Assembly: GCA_964016885.1 (NCBI GenBank)
Contig: OZ024743.1
Span: 83,762,001-83,826,000, forward strand
Length of the DNA: 64,000 nt
Source: Eledone cirrhosa
Taxonomy: Eukaryota
Direction of reading: 5' to 3'
In this document: in pieces, positions 40,769 through 54,552 of the stretch
Numbering within the stretch: position 1 is the stretch's first letter
How the letters are laid out: the number at the start of each line of letters is the position of its first letter
Position numbers and translations under genes: made by a program
Notes under the pieces: model-generated
The model's input: only the letters and a program-made list of their open reading frames with translations
What the model was told of the DNA's origin: nothing
Database searches by the model: none

Positions 40769-41240
40769 TGGAAATAGCACGGAAAATATAGTTAAGGATC
40801 TGTTTTTCTTTTTTTCTTCTTTGATTCGTCAATATTGAAATAATGAGAGGAACAATTCTTTAAAAAAAAGGAGTTTTATAATGTATATAAAATATAACCG
40901 GTTTCGATGTATCAGTGTGAACCATCTTATCAAATGTTGAATATTACAATTAAAAAGAATTAAAAAGAATTAAAAAGAATTAAAAAAGCATAAAAAATTA
41001 AAAATTAAAAATTCATTTTCAGACTCTGTCTTCACATGAAAAATGAACAGACCTTTTCAAAACTTAATTTTAAATTTTAAATTTGTTATTCTTTTTTATA
41101 ATATACATTATAAAACTCCTTTTTTAAAAGAATTGTTCCTCTCATTTTTTCAAAAATGTCACTTTGACGAATCAAAGAAGTAAAAAAGAAAAACAAATCC
41201 TGAAATATATTTTCCGTGCTATTTCCAATTTCATCTTCTC
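40768..41240. repeat. Fold-back element with decayed HHR
   Basis: Arms ~40768-40890/41095-41228; minus-strand TTGATAA GATG...CATC GAAAC CG GTT; same family as 51376-51785. Confidence 0.75.
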
Positions 41241-41389
41241 TCTGTAACTGGTGTTTTCTATGGAACCTTACTCCATTTTCAAAAAAAATATCTACAAATA
41301 TAATTTCAGCGAGATCATATTTCGGCGGTGGCCAAAACAACAAAACAAAACGAGTGTGTGTGTGTGCGCGTGCGTGCTTGTGTGTGTGC

Positions 41390-41420
<31 letters not shown>

Positions 41421-41704
41421 CGCGTGCGTGCGTGCTTGTGTGTGCGCGCGGGTGCGTGCGTGCTTGTGTGTGTGCGCGCGTGCGTGCTTGTGTATGTGTG
41501 TGTGTGTGTGTGTGTGCGTGTGTGTGTGTATGTGTGTGTGTGTGTGTGTGATATATATGAGAAGAAATAGAACTCTGTTTTATGTCGGCTAACTCCCGTT
41601 TATGTAAAGTGGATATGCTGTCACAAAAAGTGGAAGAGACAGCTTACCAGTTTGTTAAGCTCGGTGTATTTCTTCGCATTTCAAGTACCCTGTTTATATT
41701 TTAT

Positions 41705-41736
<32 letters not shown>

Positions 41737-41791
41737 GTGTGTGTGTGTGTGTATATATATATGTATATATATATATGTGTGTGAGTGTGTG

Positions 41792-41873
<82 letters not shown>

Positions 41874-41911
41874 TATATATATATACATATATACACATAT
41901 ATATATATATG

Positions 41912-41983
<72 letters not shown>

Positions 41984-42406
41984 TGGGTATGTATGTTTAG
42001 AAAGCCATACAATGCAAGTGGATTTGAATTACCATGGTAACAAATCAACAAATTAGAAAGAAATTGAGGTAGAAAGTAAAACTGGGAGAAGGAAAATAAA
42101 AGAAAAGGTAGAACGACTATTAAATTGCTAAGTTACCTTAGCAATTAAATAGTCTTCAAATCTTTCGGAATAACTATCCATTATCAATGGGAGATCTGTA
42201 GGAATGTGGTGACTTCAGAGAAATCAGAGATCTCCTTCCTGGTGGCCGTTTATTTTTTGCTAAGATAAATTCATTTAAGAAATTTTATTTTTATTTTTAT
42301 TCTCCCACGTTTGCTTTCTACTTCAATTAATTCGCATCTGATTTGTTACCATGGTAATTCTAACGCACTTGCCTCGTATGACTTTCTAAACACACATGTA
42401 TGTATG

Positions 42407-42475
<69 letters not shown>

Positions 42476-42476
42476 A

Positions 42477-43275
42477 CTAGCAGCAGTACCCAGCGTTGCC
42501 TGGGTAGGTAAAATAATATCTGCTTTGATGAAAAGGTGTTGATTTTAGCGACTGCTTCTCGATGACTCATCTATGGCCACACACAGGCCATGCGGAGGAG
42601 GGTTGTGATGACCTCTATCACTGAGAAACGCGGGTGACTGACAAAGGGGCGTGCTGGGGGATGGAGTTTCAAATTTGAACGAAATCGGTTGAAAAATTTG
42701 GGAGCTAGAGCCGAAAAGGCGGAAAATTGAGCGAAAAGGTGGTATTTTCGAATATTTAAGCCGCTGCCATGTCGTTCCTGAACAAAAAATCCAAAATATA
42801 AAGCCACTTTAAGATGTGAAATAATCAGATCTAGCGTAGTGTAAAATTTGAACAAAGTAGGTTGGTTAATGTGGGAGCTAGAGCCGAAAATTTGAGTCTA
42901 AAAGTGGTATCTTTGAATATTTAAGCGGCTGCCATGCCGTCCCTGAACAACAAATGCAAAATATAAAGCCATTACAGAATGTGCAATGATAAATTCTATT
43001 AAGCTTTAAAATTTGAACGAAATCGATGGCAAAATGTGGGAGCTAGAGCCAAAAATCTTATTTTTCGATACCTAAAAAAAGGTGACCTCCCTATCGATTT
43101 TTATCTGCAGAATGACCCCGGAATAAAAAAAAAACGATACGCTGATATATAGAAAACACTCCCCGATGACTAATCTATGAGCCTGTAAAGTTTCATGAAA
43201 ATCGGACGTAAGATGTAGGCCCCTATAGGTAATACACAAACACACAGACACACACACATACTTAATTTTATACAG

Positions 43276-43276
<1 letters not shown>
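42477..43276 (-). mobile_element. Non-autonomous Helitron-like element with internal ~170-bp repeats
   Basis: A|CTAG + hairpin CCCAGCGTTGCCTGGG; AAATTTGAAC...GGGAGCTAGAGCC three times; 5' TCTGTATAAAA on the minus strand. Confidence 0.75.
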
Positions 43277-43342
<66 letters not shown>

Positions 43343-43409
43343 TGTCTGTGTGTGTGTGTCTGTGTGTGTGTGTGTCTGTGTGTGTGTGTGTCTGTGTCTG
43401 TGTGTGTCT

Positions 43410-43454
<45 letters not shown>

Positions 43455-45042
43455 GCTTTCTAAACACACCTCCTGAGGGAGTTGTAGAGGTGCCGTATTG
43501 AAATACGGCGTTTCTGGGGCATTTTAAAACCTGGCGGAATCCAATCCTCTCCAGGTCTGAATACAGCAGATTTCTCCCGAAGAAGGATAGAGAGTGAGAG
43601 AAAGGAAGTGGGAAAGAGGTTAGAGGAAAAATCGACCCCCAGTACTAGACTGGTGCTTATTTATTGAACGCCAATGGATGAAAGGTAGCTCTTTATAAAT
43701 ATATACCCCCAAAATAGCTGACAGAATACACGAGTGCTTTTTCTCCCCCCCCCCCCCTCCAAAAAAATTCTGTATCTCTCTTTTGTTACATTCTATCTTT
43801 CTTTTATTTCTTCTTTTATTTCTCATTCTATCTTCTAGTGAAAGACTAGTCTCTGAAACGTTAAGACTCTTTTCCTACTATACCAAGCGTTAAACTAATA
43901 TATTTCTTCATTGTACTGTATTGTTTACTTTGTTGTATCCGTTTACTTACATATACTCCCTCGCGGCATTTTAAATTTAATGTAACGCATCCCTCTCCAG
44001 GTTGATTTCTTCCAGAGAAATCTAAGCAGGGGTTGGGAGAGAACCAACCCCTATTTTATTTATCATCCTCGAAAGGATAATTGGTAAATTGAACCTGGGA
44101 GGAAATTAAACTAAGAACACCTTACTGTAATCAATATAACGAAGTGATGATAAATAATTGATCAGCCAAACAGTGCCGTGGGATATCGTTATTGTTAGCG
44201 TAAACGTTTTTTATGCAATTGGATGTTAGATATATTTAAATTGCCGCAGACAAGGACCTTTAATATGTAAAGGGAATTTTTAATCTAGCGGAACCCATCC
44301 CTTTTCAGGTCGAAATACAACAGCTGGTTTCTTCTATAGAGAGAAAGGGTATGGGTGTAAAAGAATGCAAGAGAGACAAAGAGAGAATGGGTGAGAGAGA
44401 GAAAGAGAGGGGGGAGAGAAAGAAAGAGAGAGAGAGGAAAAAAAGAAACGAGAGAGAGAGAAATATTCATTCCTTATTTATCGATTTCGACAGAATGAAA
44501 GGCAGTGAACTGATGTAGGAACTGAACACAGAACACAAGGGTTCGGAACAAATTTCCGGCGCTCTAACGACAATCCCAAGTCAATCCCCTTACCGTAATC
44601 AATATAACGAAGTTAAGATAAATAATTTATAATGGTGCTGTGGGATATCGCTATAAATAGTGCATATGTTGTATATACGTATTCAGCTATTAAATGTAAT
44701 CGAATTGATGTAGGCAGACTATGGTGGTGGTGGTGGTGGTGATGATGGTATTGTTGTTAGTGTGTGGATGTGGGGGTTGCTGCCGGTATTAGTCGTGGTG
44801 GTGACGGTGAAAGTTGTGGTAGTAGTGGTGATAGTGATATTGTTGTTGGTGGTGGTGGTGTTGTTGCTGGTAGTGTTGATGGTAGTGGTAGTGGTGGTGT
44901 TGGTAGTGGCGAGAGTGTTTAACTCAAGCCCAGTCTGATTATTTTTTGAAGCATGGTTTATAAGCTTCCAGATTGCTCATGGCCACCAGTTGTCACCGAA
45001 ACTCTCTGCCCTGTAATCGGTCACATCTCTCTCTCTCTCTCC

Positions 45043-45073
<31 letters not shown>

Positions 45074-45379
45074 GCGGCGATGAATTAGTTTAGCGAGGTT
45101 TTTTATATGAAATCGTGTGTCGAAACAGATATTGTTATACTTGGGGAGGGTCATATTTGCGTAATATTGCCAGAATTAATAACAGAACACACTCACTGTT
45201 TGGTTGGCTTTCGCTTCTCGCTGTCTTTTATATCTGCGATCTAACTTACTCGGTCCTCAATGTTGCCATTGACTGACCGACGGTCAAAAATAATACAGAT
45301 ACAATATAGACACAAACACATATATATAGTTTACATAATTTACATATATATATATATATATATGTAAAACGTAAACAGA

Positions 45380-45490
45380 AATAACAACACAATCGGTACA
45401 GTATGTGGAAGGTATATATTAGGTTAACGCTTGATATAGCAGGAAGAGGGTCTTAACGTTTCAGACGCTAGTCCTTCATCAGAAGAAAGA
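45380..45490 (-). mobile_element. PLE pLTR fragment with minimal HHR
   Basis: CTGATGA AGGAC TAGC GTCT GAAAC GTTAAGA; homologues at 51258-51362 (+) and 43834-43930 (+). Confidence 0.7.
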
Positions 45491-45526
45491 ATGAGAAATA
45501 ATATATATATATATATATATATATAT

Positions 45527-46490
45527 GAAGATAGACATAGAATATTCGAAAATATTCTGTATGTTTATAATAAACATTTTGAAGACCTAATCGCTATAGA
45601 ATAGAATACGTCACGTATTACAATTAGATTCTCGATAAAAGCAAGGGAAGTAACCTACGCGTTTCATTCTTATTAGAAATCTTCAGGATTACATATCCAG
45701 TGCTTTTATCGAGAATGACACAGCTAGAGACTTATAGAATACTTAGCTGTGTACAGGAACTGGTTTGAAAGAGCGGTTGCCGGTCCGGCAGAAATTAGAA
45801 ATTGGATTAAATGCTCTGAAATAGCGATATATATGTGAAGATAGACATAGAATATTCGAAAATATTCTGTATGTTTATAATAAACATTTTGAAGACCTAA
45901 TCGCTATAGAATAGAATACGTCACGTATTACAATTAGATTCTCGATAAAAGCAAGGGAAGTAACCTACGCGTTTCATTCTTATTAGAAATCTTCAGGATT
46001 ACATATCCAGTGCTTTTATCGAGAATGACACAGCTAGAGACTTATAGAATACTTAGCTGTGTACAGGAACTGGTTTGAAAGAGCGGTTGCCGGTCCGGCA
46101 GAAATTAGAAATTGGATTAAATGCTCTGAAATAGCGATATATATGTGAAGATAGACATAGAATATTCGAAAATATTCTGTATGTTTATAATAAACATTTT
46201 GAAGACCTAATCGCTATAGAATAGAATACGTCACGTATTACAATTAGATTCTCGATAAAAGCAAGGGAAGTAACCTACGCGTTTCATTCTTATTAGAAAT
46301 CTTCAGGATTACATATCCAGTGCTTTTATCGAGAATGACACAGCTAGAGACTTATAGAATACTTAGCTGTGTACAGGAACTGATTTTCGAATATTCTATG
46401 TCTATCTTCACATATATATCGCTATTTCAGAGCATTTAATCCAATTTCTAATTTCTGCCGGACCGGCAACCGCTCTTTCAAACCAGTTCC
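45527..46490 (-). mobile_element. Candidate non-LTR retrozyme: ~2.75 tandem 310-bp monomers + terminal inversion
   Basis: ATAGACATAG at 45531, 45841 and 46151; one HHR per monomer; inverted junction-spanning segment 46384-46490. Confidence 0.85.
45650..45692 (-). ncRNA. Minimal type I hammerhead (copies at 45960-46002 and 46270-46312)
   Basis: GTAATC CTGAAGA TTTCT AATA AGAAT GAAAC GC GTA GGTTAC; 6-bp stem I, palindromic ACGCGT stem III. Confidence 0.8.
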
Positions 46491-46632
46491 CTTTTTCATC
46501 CTCCCCCCCCCCCTCTCTCTAAATAAAATATTTTTCCCAATATCACACATCAATCTAAAACCACTTTTCATATGTTGATTTAAAACTGCACTATCCACAA
46601 GTGTTTTTTAGCCTTCATATCATGTTCTCCTG

Positions 46633-46699
46633 TTTTATCTGATGAAAACACAAATATTATTGCATGATGATGTTTGTTTTTGAAATGCGCATAATAAAA
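46633..46699 (+). ncRNA. Type I hammerhead ribozyme
   Basis: TTTTAT CTGATGA AAACACAAATATTA...TGATGTTTGTTTT GAAAT GCGC ATA ATAAAA. Confidence 0.75.
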
Positions 46700-46820
46700 T
46701 ACATGGAACTCCTTTAACCATCTTTTGATCTTATATTATGTATACTCCAGTCCTACAAACTGTAGAGTGCTTCTTATCCGATATCTGCATTGCTTTATTG
46801 TACTACAATAAAACTCACCT

Positions 46821-46903
<83 letters not shown>

Positions 46904-47127
46904 ACGTATGTATGTCGTCACATGGTACCATGGGCCTGCACTATGTATCAATAATTGTCACAAGTGTAGTGTTTGTACCAGAGTTTTCAAGTCGCTGGCT
47001 GGACTAAAAAGTCACACTCGTTCAGCGGATCGGTAGGGGTTCTCCTACATGGATATAAAGTAGTGGCCGTACTCGAAATCGAGTTGGCAGCCACCATGTA
47101 TATACATACATATATATATATATATGA

Positions 47128-47194
<67 letters not shown>

Positions 47195-47350
47195 GGAGAG
47201 TGAGAGAGAGAAAGAGAAAAAGAGAGAGGGTTTCACGCAGGTGGGTTTTGCAATTAAGCGAAAAATGTATCCCATACCATTAAATAGTAGAAATAACATT
47301 ATTTATTAAAAACTGAATAATGTTATTTCGCACGACTTAATGGTATGAGG

Positions 47351-47535
47351 GGATTGGCAGTATCGGTAGAAGGTCGGACGTCATGCTTTGCAGCATGGAG
47401 TTACGGCCCTTTATAGTCTGAGTTCAAATCCCGCTGAGGTTCACTTTGCCTTTCATCCTTACGGGGTCGATAAAATAAAGTACCAGTAATGTACTGAGAT
47501 AATTGCTGGCCTTGTGCTAAATGTAGAAACAATTA
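47351..47535 (+). mobile_element. SINE family A with TSD
   Basis: ATTATTTATTAAAAACTGAAT occurs at ~47298 and ~47532. Confidence 0.85.
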
Positions 47536-47607
47536 TTTATTAAAAACTGAATCGATTTGAGTCTCTAGTCAGGCGTGCCTGGCTCCTCTTAAACTCTAAA
47601 CAATATG

Positions 47608-47667
<60 letters not shown>

Positions 47668-47872
47668 TGTGTGTGTGTGTGTGCGTGTGTGTGGTTAAGC
47701 CCGGCAAGACCATTACTGAACTTAGTACATCATAGTTAAGTAGAGTGTAGATATTATTATGAGGATTCTCTGCTCTATCGGAACGTTAAAAGACTAATTG
47801 TAGGGCTGTGTATCCCTAATAGATTCATTCCATATACTGTATGTTGTTATTTCTGTTTGCCTTTTACATACA

Positions 47873-47930
<58 letters not shown>

Positions 47931-48114
47931 GATACAGGTGTTCAACTAGTGAGACCATTACTCAACACAGTACTCGATATTTGGGATATATATATATACA
48001 TATATATTGTTATACTTGGGGAGGGTTTTATATATATATATATATATATATGTTAATCCCGGGTTCAATCTATATTAAATGTATATACTGTATATACATA
48101 TATATATATATGCA

Positions 48115-48191
48115 CAGGGTGCCCCCAAAATTGTATACACACTTCGAAAGCATTCTAATAAATATGTGTATACATTTTTGGCGACACACTG
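48115..48191. mobile_element. Tiny Tc1/mariner-type MITE
   Basis: TIRs CAGGGTGCCCCCAAAATTGTATACACA / TGTGTATACATTTTTGGCGACACACTG, TA at the right flank. Confidence 0.65.
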
Positions 48192-48991
48192 TATATATAT
48201 ATATGAGACCCACCAGGCCAAAACCGATTCTAGTTCCAAAACAGCCATTTTAAAGAGTTCCTATTTAAATTGAAATCTTCCAACATAATTCCACTTTTCT
48301 TTCAAAAAAAGAAAATAATTTTAGTCAACTGCCTCGAAAACTTTAATTTCTCTACCCAGAAAATAAATTTCCGTGTGTACCGCTAATTATTGCTGCACTC
48401 TACTAGTAAATGCTAAAATAATATGTCCAGCTAACATACACTTTACAAATACAATCTGTTAGCGGGAAATTGAACTAACTCGCACTGTACGCAAACTACG
48501 AAGAAATCTGCCATTTTTCTTCTTTTTTTTGTGTGATTTAACCTTATGTTCGTTCCTGTAGTTATTTCTCCAAAGTTACTCATACAATTAATACTGAATG
48601 TCATTTGTGCCTACATGCTGAATATTTATACAATTATATCCCTAGAAATATATTATCAAAATATCACTTCCATATCTAAATAATCAACATAAACTATAGG
48701 GTTTCTCCTATACAAATCATTAATTTATCAAAACTCAAATTTCCAGATTGTATGATTGTTCATATATCCAGCAATCCTGGTATATATGACATACCAATCC
48801 TTAAATACATTCCCAAAACTTAAATACATTCAAAGTTATTACCGTCATTATTGACGGCACTGGTTCACTAGTTACTAAGAATAAAAGAATATAAAGATAT
48901 TTACGGCTGTTGTTATCAGAATTCCAGCGAAGGAGAGGTGTTTCTTTGTCCGACACTAGTTCTTACCTTACAAGAAGAATTCAATTAATTG

Positions 48992-49030
<39 letters not shown>

Positions 49031-49358
49031 AAAAAGAAAGAAAGATGTGCAGACATCTAAAGTTCCACTCTGATGCTATCTGTTTTCTTACATGAATTCT
49101 GACTGTCGGTGAAGGAAGAATTATCAGATGCTTATGTGTTGATGTAAGACAGACATTGACGGCACGCATTAATAATAATAATAACAGTAGTAGTAGTGGC
49201 AGTAGTAGTAGTAGTGGAGGCAGAGGTGGTGGTGGTGGGGGCAGAGGTGGTAATGGTGGTGGTAGTGGTAGTAACATAATTGGTGGTGAAAATATTAACG
49301 GTAACGATAACAGTTTGTTTACTAGCTACCAGGCGGGTTATATGTGTATATATATATG

Positions 49359-49433
<75 letters not shown>

Positions 49434-49522
49434 GTATAGACATACATATGAGGGAGTCCAACTAATACCGGCTTTGCTCAATGAACGAATAAAAATCAAC
49501 TTATCAGAGCATAATAAAATTA

Positions 49523-49917
49523 TATTTGGGAAAAGTAAACAAGAAAAAACATTTACCTATTTACTTTGGTGTCCTGACTGCAGTTTCGTTGAGTAATCGA
49601 AGTTTTTTTTAGTATTGTGAGAAGACTCAGCTCCTCGAGAAACTTCTCAATCAAGAAAACTTCTTCCGAGTTATCCGCTACTAGCGATAATTTCGAATGG
49701 AAAATTAACACGTGATTAACGGTCAACAGAAGGGCAGTGATAAGTGAACAATGGCAAGTAACGGGCAGCTAGAAAAAGCAGCCCGATTCAGACTTCTCAC
49801 AGTACTCAAGACTTCCTACAGTCTTAAAAAACCTACGATTACTCAACGAAACTGCAGTCTTGACATCGAAGTAAATAGGAAAAAATGTTTTCTCATCTTG
49901 TTTACTTTTCCCAAATG
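49523..49917. repeat. Fold-back element with HHR remnant
   Basis: Arms 49523-49627/49809-49917; GAAAC TGCA GTC. Confidence 0.7.
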
Positions 49918-50018
49918 CAATTTTATATGTATATAAACTGAGTTTGGAACTAGCTGTTGAAATAGCAAGAGCTCAGCCGTCGGGGTCTCGACTCTTTCAT
50001 ATATATATATATATACAA

Positions 50019-50128
<110 letters not shown>

Positions 50129-50239
50129 TGCAAGGTATGAAGTAGTTCCGCTACATATGTAATACGTAGATTCCCAAGTTGTACCCGGGAGTAACCAGAG
50201 TTAAAGAAATGTACTCAATACGTTAGTAGAGTATAGGCA

Positions 50240-50367
50240 TCTTTGTTATATAGAGAGAAATGACTTCTACGGGACTAGAACTGTTTCATCGGGAATATCC
50301 CGATCATTTCATACGAATGAAACAGTTCTAATCGTGTAGAAGTCCTTTCTCTCTATGTAACAAAGAT
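50240..50367. repeat. Short fold-back with HHR remnant
   Basis: Arms 50240-50290/50317-50367; ATCGGGA TAT TCCCGAT GAAAC. Confidence 0.65.
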
Positions 50368-50456
50368 TTTCCTCTAAGCGTGAACCTAATAGACTTTGTA
50401 TTTTTGGCATCCTTGTATTTGTTTGGTTTCATTTATCATATATATATATATGTATA

Positions 50457-51081
50457 TACAATATGTTGAAAAGGTAACACACTAGAGAGAGATACAGTGC
50501 GCTATCAATAAAACAGGGAAAAAACCACCAGTGTATGGAATCTATAACCTATGAAAGGCAGACTATAGACACGATAATTAAAAATATAAATTAAAGCGTA
50601 AATAAATACCTCTATAACTATATAACACAGGTACAAATCCAAAGAGATCTGTTTCGCCAGTAAGTTGTTGACAGAAATGGAATAACCCCGGTTCTTCAGC
50701 GTGTGTAAGGCTATACATTTCAGACAACAGAATTTTAAAATGACTGTCCAGCTACACGTGGGAGAGAGAAGTCACAGCGTGTTTAAGGGCAATGAACCAG
50801 TGGCCTCTGAGGGACGAGCTGCTAGAAAGGGCAGCCCAAAACCATTCAGCGAAGTGTGCTCAACCAAACAGAGAAAGAGGAAAGACTGTTATAAGGAGCG
50901 AAATATCACGATAAATTAACGGAGCCATAGACACTCGCCATTGTTTTATTGATAGCGCACTGTATCTCTCTCTAGTGTGTTACCTTTTCAACATATTGTA
51001 TTTTAAAGAGCTCAGGATTTCCTCTCCTTTGAGCACATTATTTACAGAGAATGGCGAGAGTCTATGGCTCCGTTAATTTAT

Positions 51082-51089
<8 letters not shown>
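50457..51089 (-). mobile_element. HHR-like element of ~530-bp monomer with junction-spanning inversion
   Basis: 50942-51000 inverts 50457-50516 and 51050-51089 inverts 50903-50941; CTGAAGA ACCGG...CTGGC GAAAC AGATCT on the minus strand (50643-50700). Confidence 0.7.
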
Positions 51090-51138
<49 letters not shown>

Positions 51139-51375
51139 AAAAGAGTCAGGACCTCGACGGCAGAGCTCAAGCTGTTTCGACGGAATATATATATATAAGA
51201 CATTTTTTCCAATTCCTATCCGCCCGTCCCTTCAATCTATCTTATTTCTCATTCTTTTTTCTGATGAAGGACTACTGTCCGAAACGTTAAAACACTCTTC
51301 CTACTATTTCAAGCGTTAAGCTAATATATTTCGTCCATATACTGTACCGATTGTGTTGTTATTTATGTTTAAAAA

Positions 51376-51785
51376 GATGAAGTTGGAAATAGAACGGGAG
51401 ATATGTTTAAGGGTCTGTTTTTCGTTTTTGATTCGTCAAAGTGACATTATTGAAAAGGTAGTGTTATTAAAAAGATAGTGTTATTAAAAAAAGATGGACA
51501 ATTCTTTTTTGAAAATTTTGTTTATGGAGTATATAAAGTGTATGGAAAAATTACCGGATTCGATGTATTAATACATCGAATACATTTTAATGCATTTTAA
51601 TACATTTTAATACATCGAATTCGGTAATTTTTCCATACACTTTATATACTCCATAAAAAAATGTTTAAAAAAGAATTGTCCCTCTTTTTTTAATAACACT
51701 ATCTTTATAATAATGTCACTTTGACGAATCAAAAAAGAAAAACAGACCCTTAAACATATCTTCCGTGCTATTTCCAACTTCATCA
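51376..51785. repeat. Fold-back element (same family as 40768-41240)
   Basis: Arms 51376-51572/51609-51785, turning within the HHR stem II remnant. Confidence 0.8.
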
Positions 51786-51829
51786 TTTCTCTATACCCAC
51801 TGTTTTGTATAGAACCTCACTTCCCTTTT

Positions 51830-54025
<2,196 letters not shown>

Positions 54026-54106
54026 GACGTAAATTAAGAAAATTATAAAAATTAACCTACTTACTAAAATTGGTAGATTACTAATATGTTGGTAGATATA
54101 CTAATT

Positions 54107-54151
<45 letters not shown>

Positions 54152-54157
<6 letters not shown>

Positions 54158-54520
54158 AAAATTGAACGGGAACAAAACAGAGAGGCAGTACGAACAAAGG
54201 TTTATTAGTTTCACGCTCTTGAGAGTGGGGTGGTGGTGGGGAACGACGTTTCGGGCATAAGCCCTTCTTCAGGTGAAAAGTGTGTGGGAAGAGAGTTCCA
54301 AGGGTGTGTAGCCGAGTGGTGGAGAGACATATAGCAAAAAGGGGGTCAGAGGAAACGGTGCAAATGGAATTAAAAATAAAGGCATGATCAAAATAAAATT
54401 AAAATGGAGTAACAGGTGGTGCAAGGGTGTAGGCGTGTAGGGATGGTGGCGCGTGGAGGGGGAGAGGAAGACGGGGTGTCCGAGCGGGGAGGGCTGAAGG
54501 TGGTGTGTGTGTGTAGGTGT

Positions 54521-54552
<32 letters not shown>

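Noticed and set aside
49156-49596. Gly/Ser-rich RGG-like ORF
   Set aside because: Built from AAT/AGT/GGT and CA microsatellites running into a fold-back repeat.
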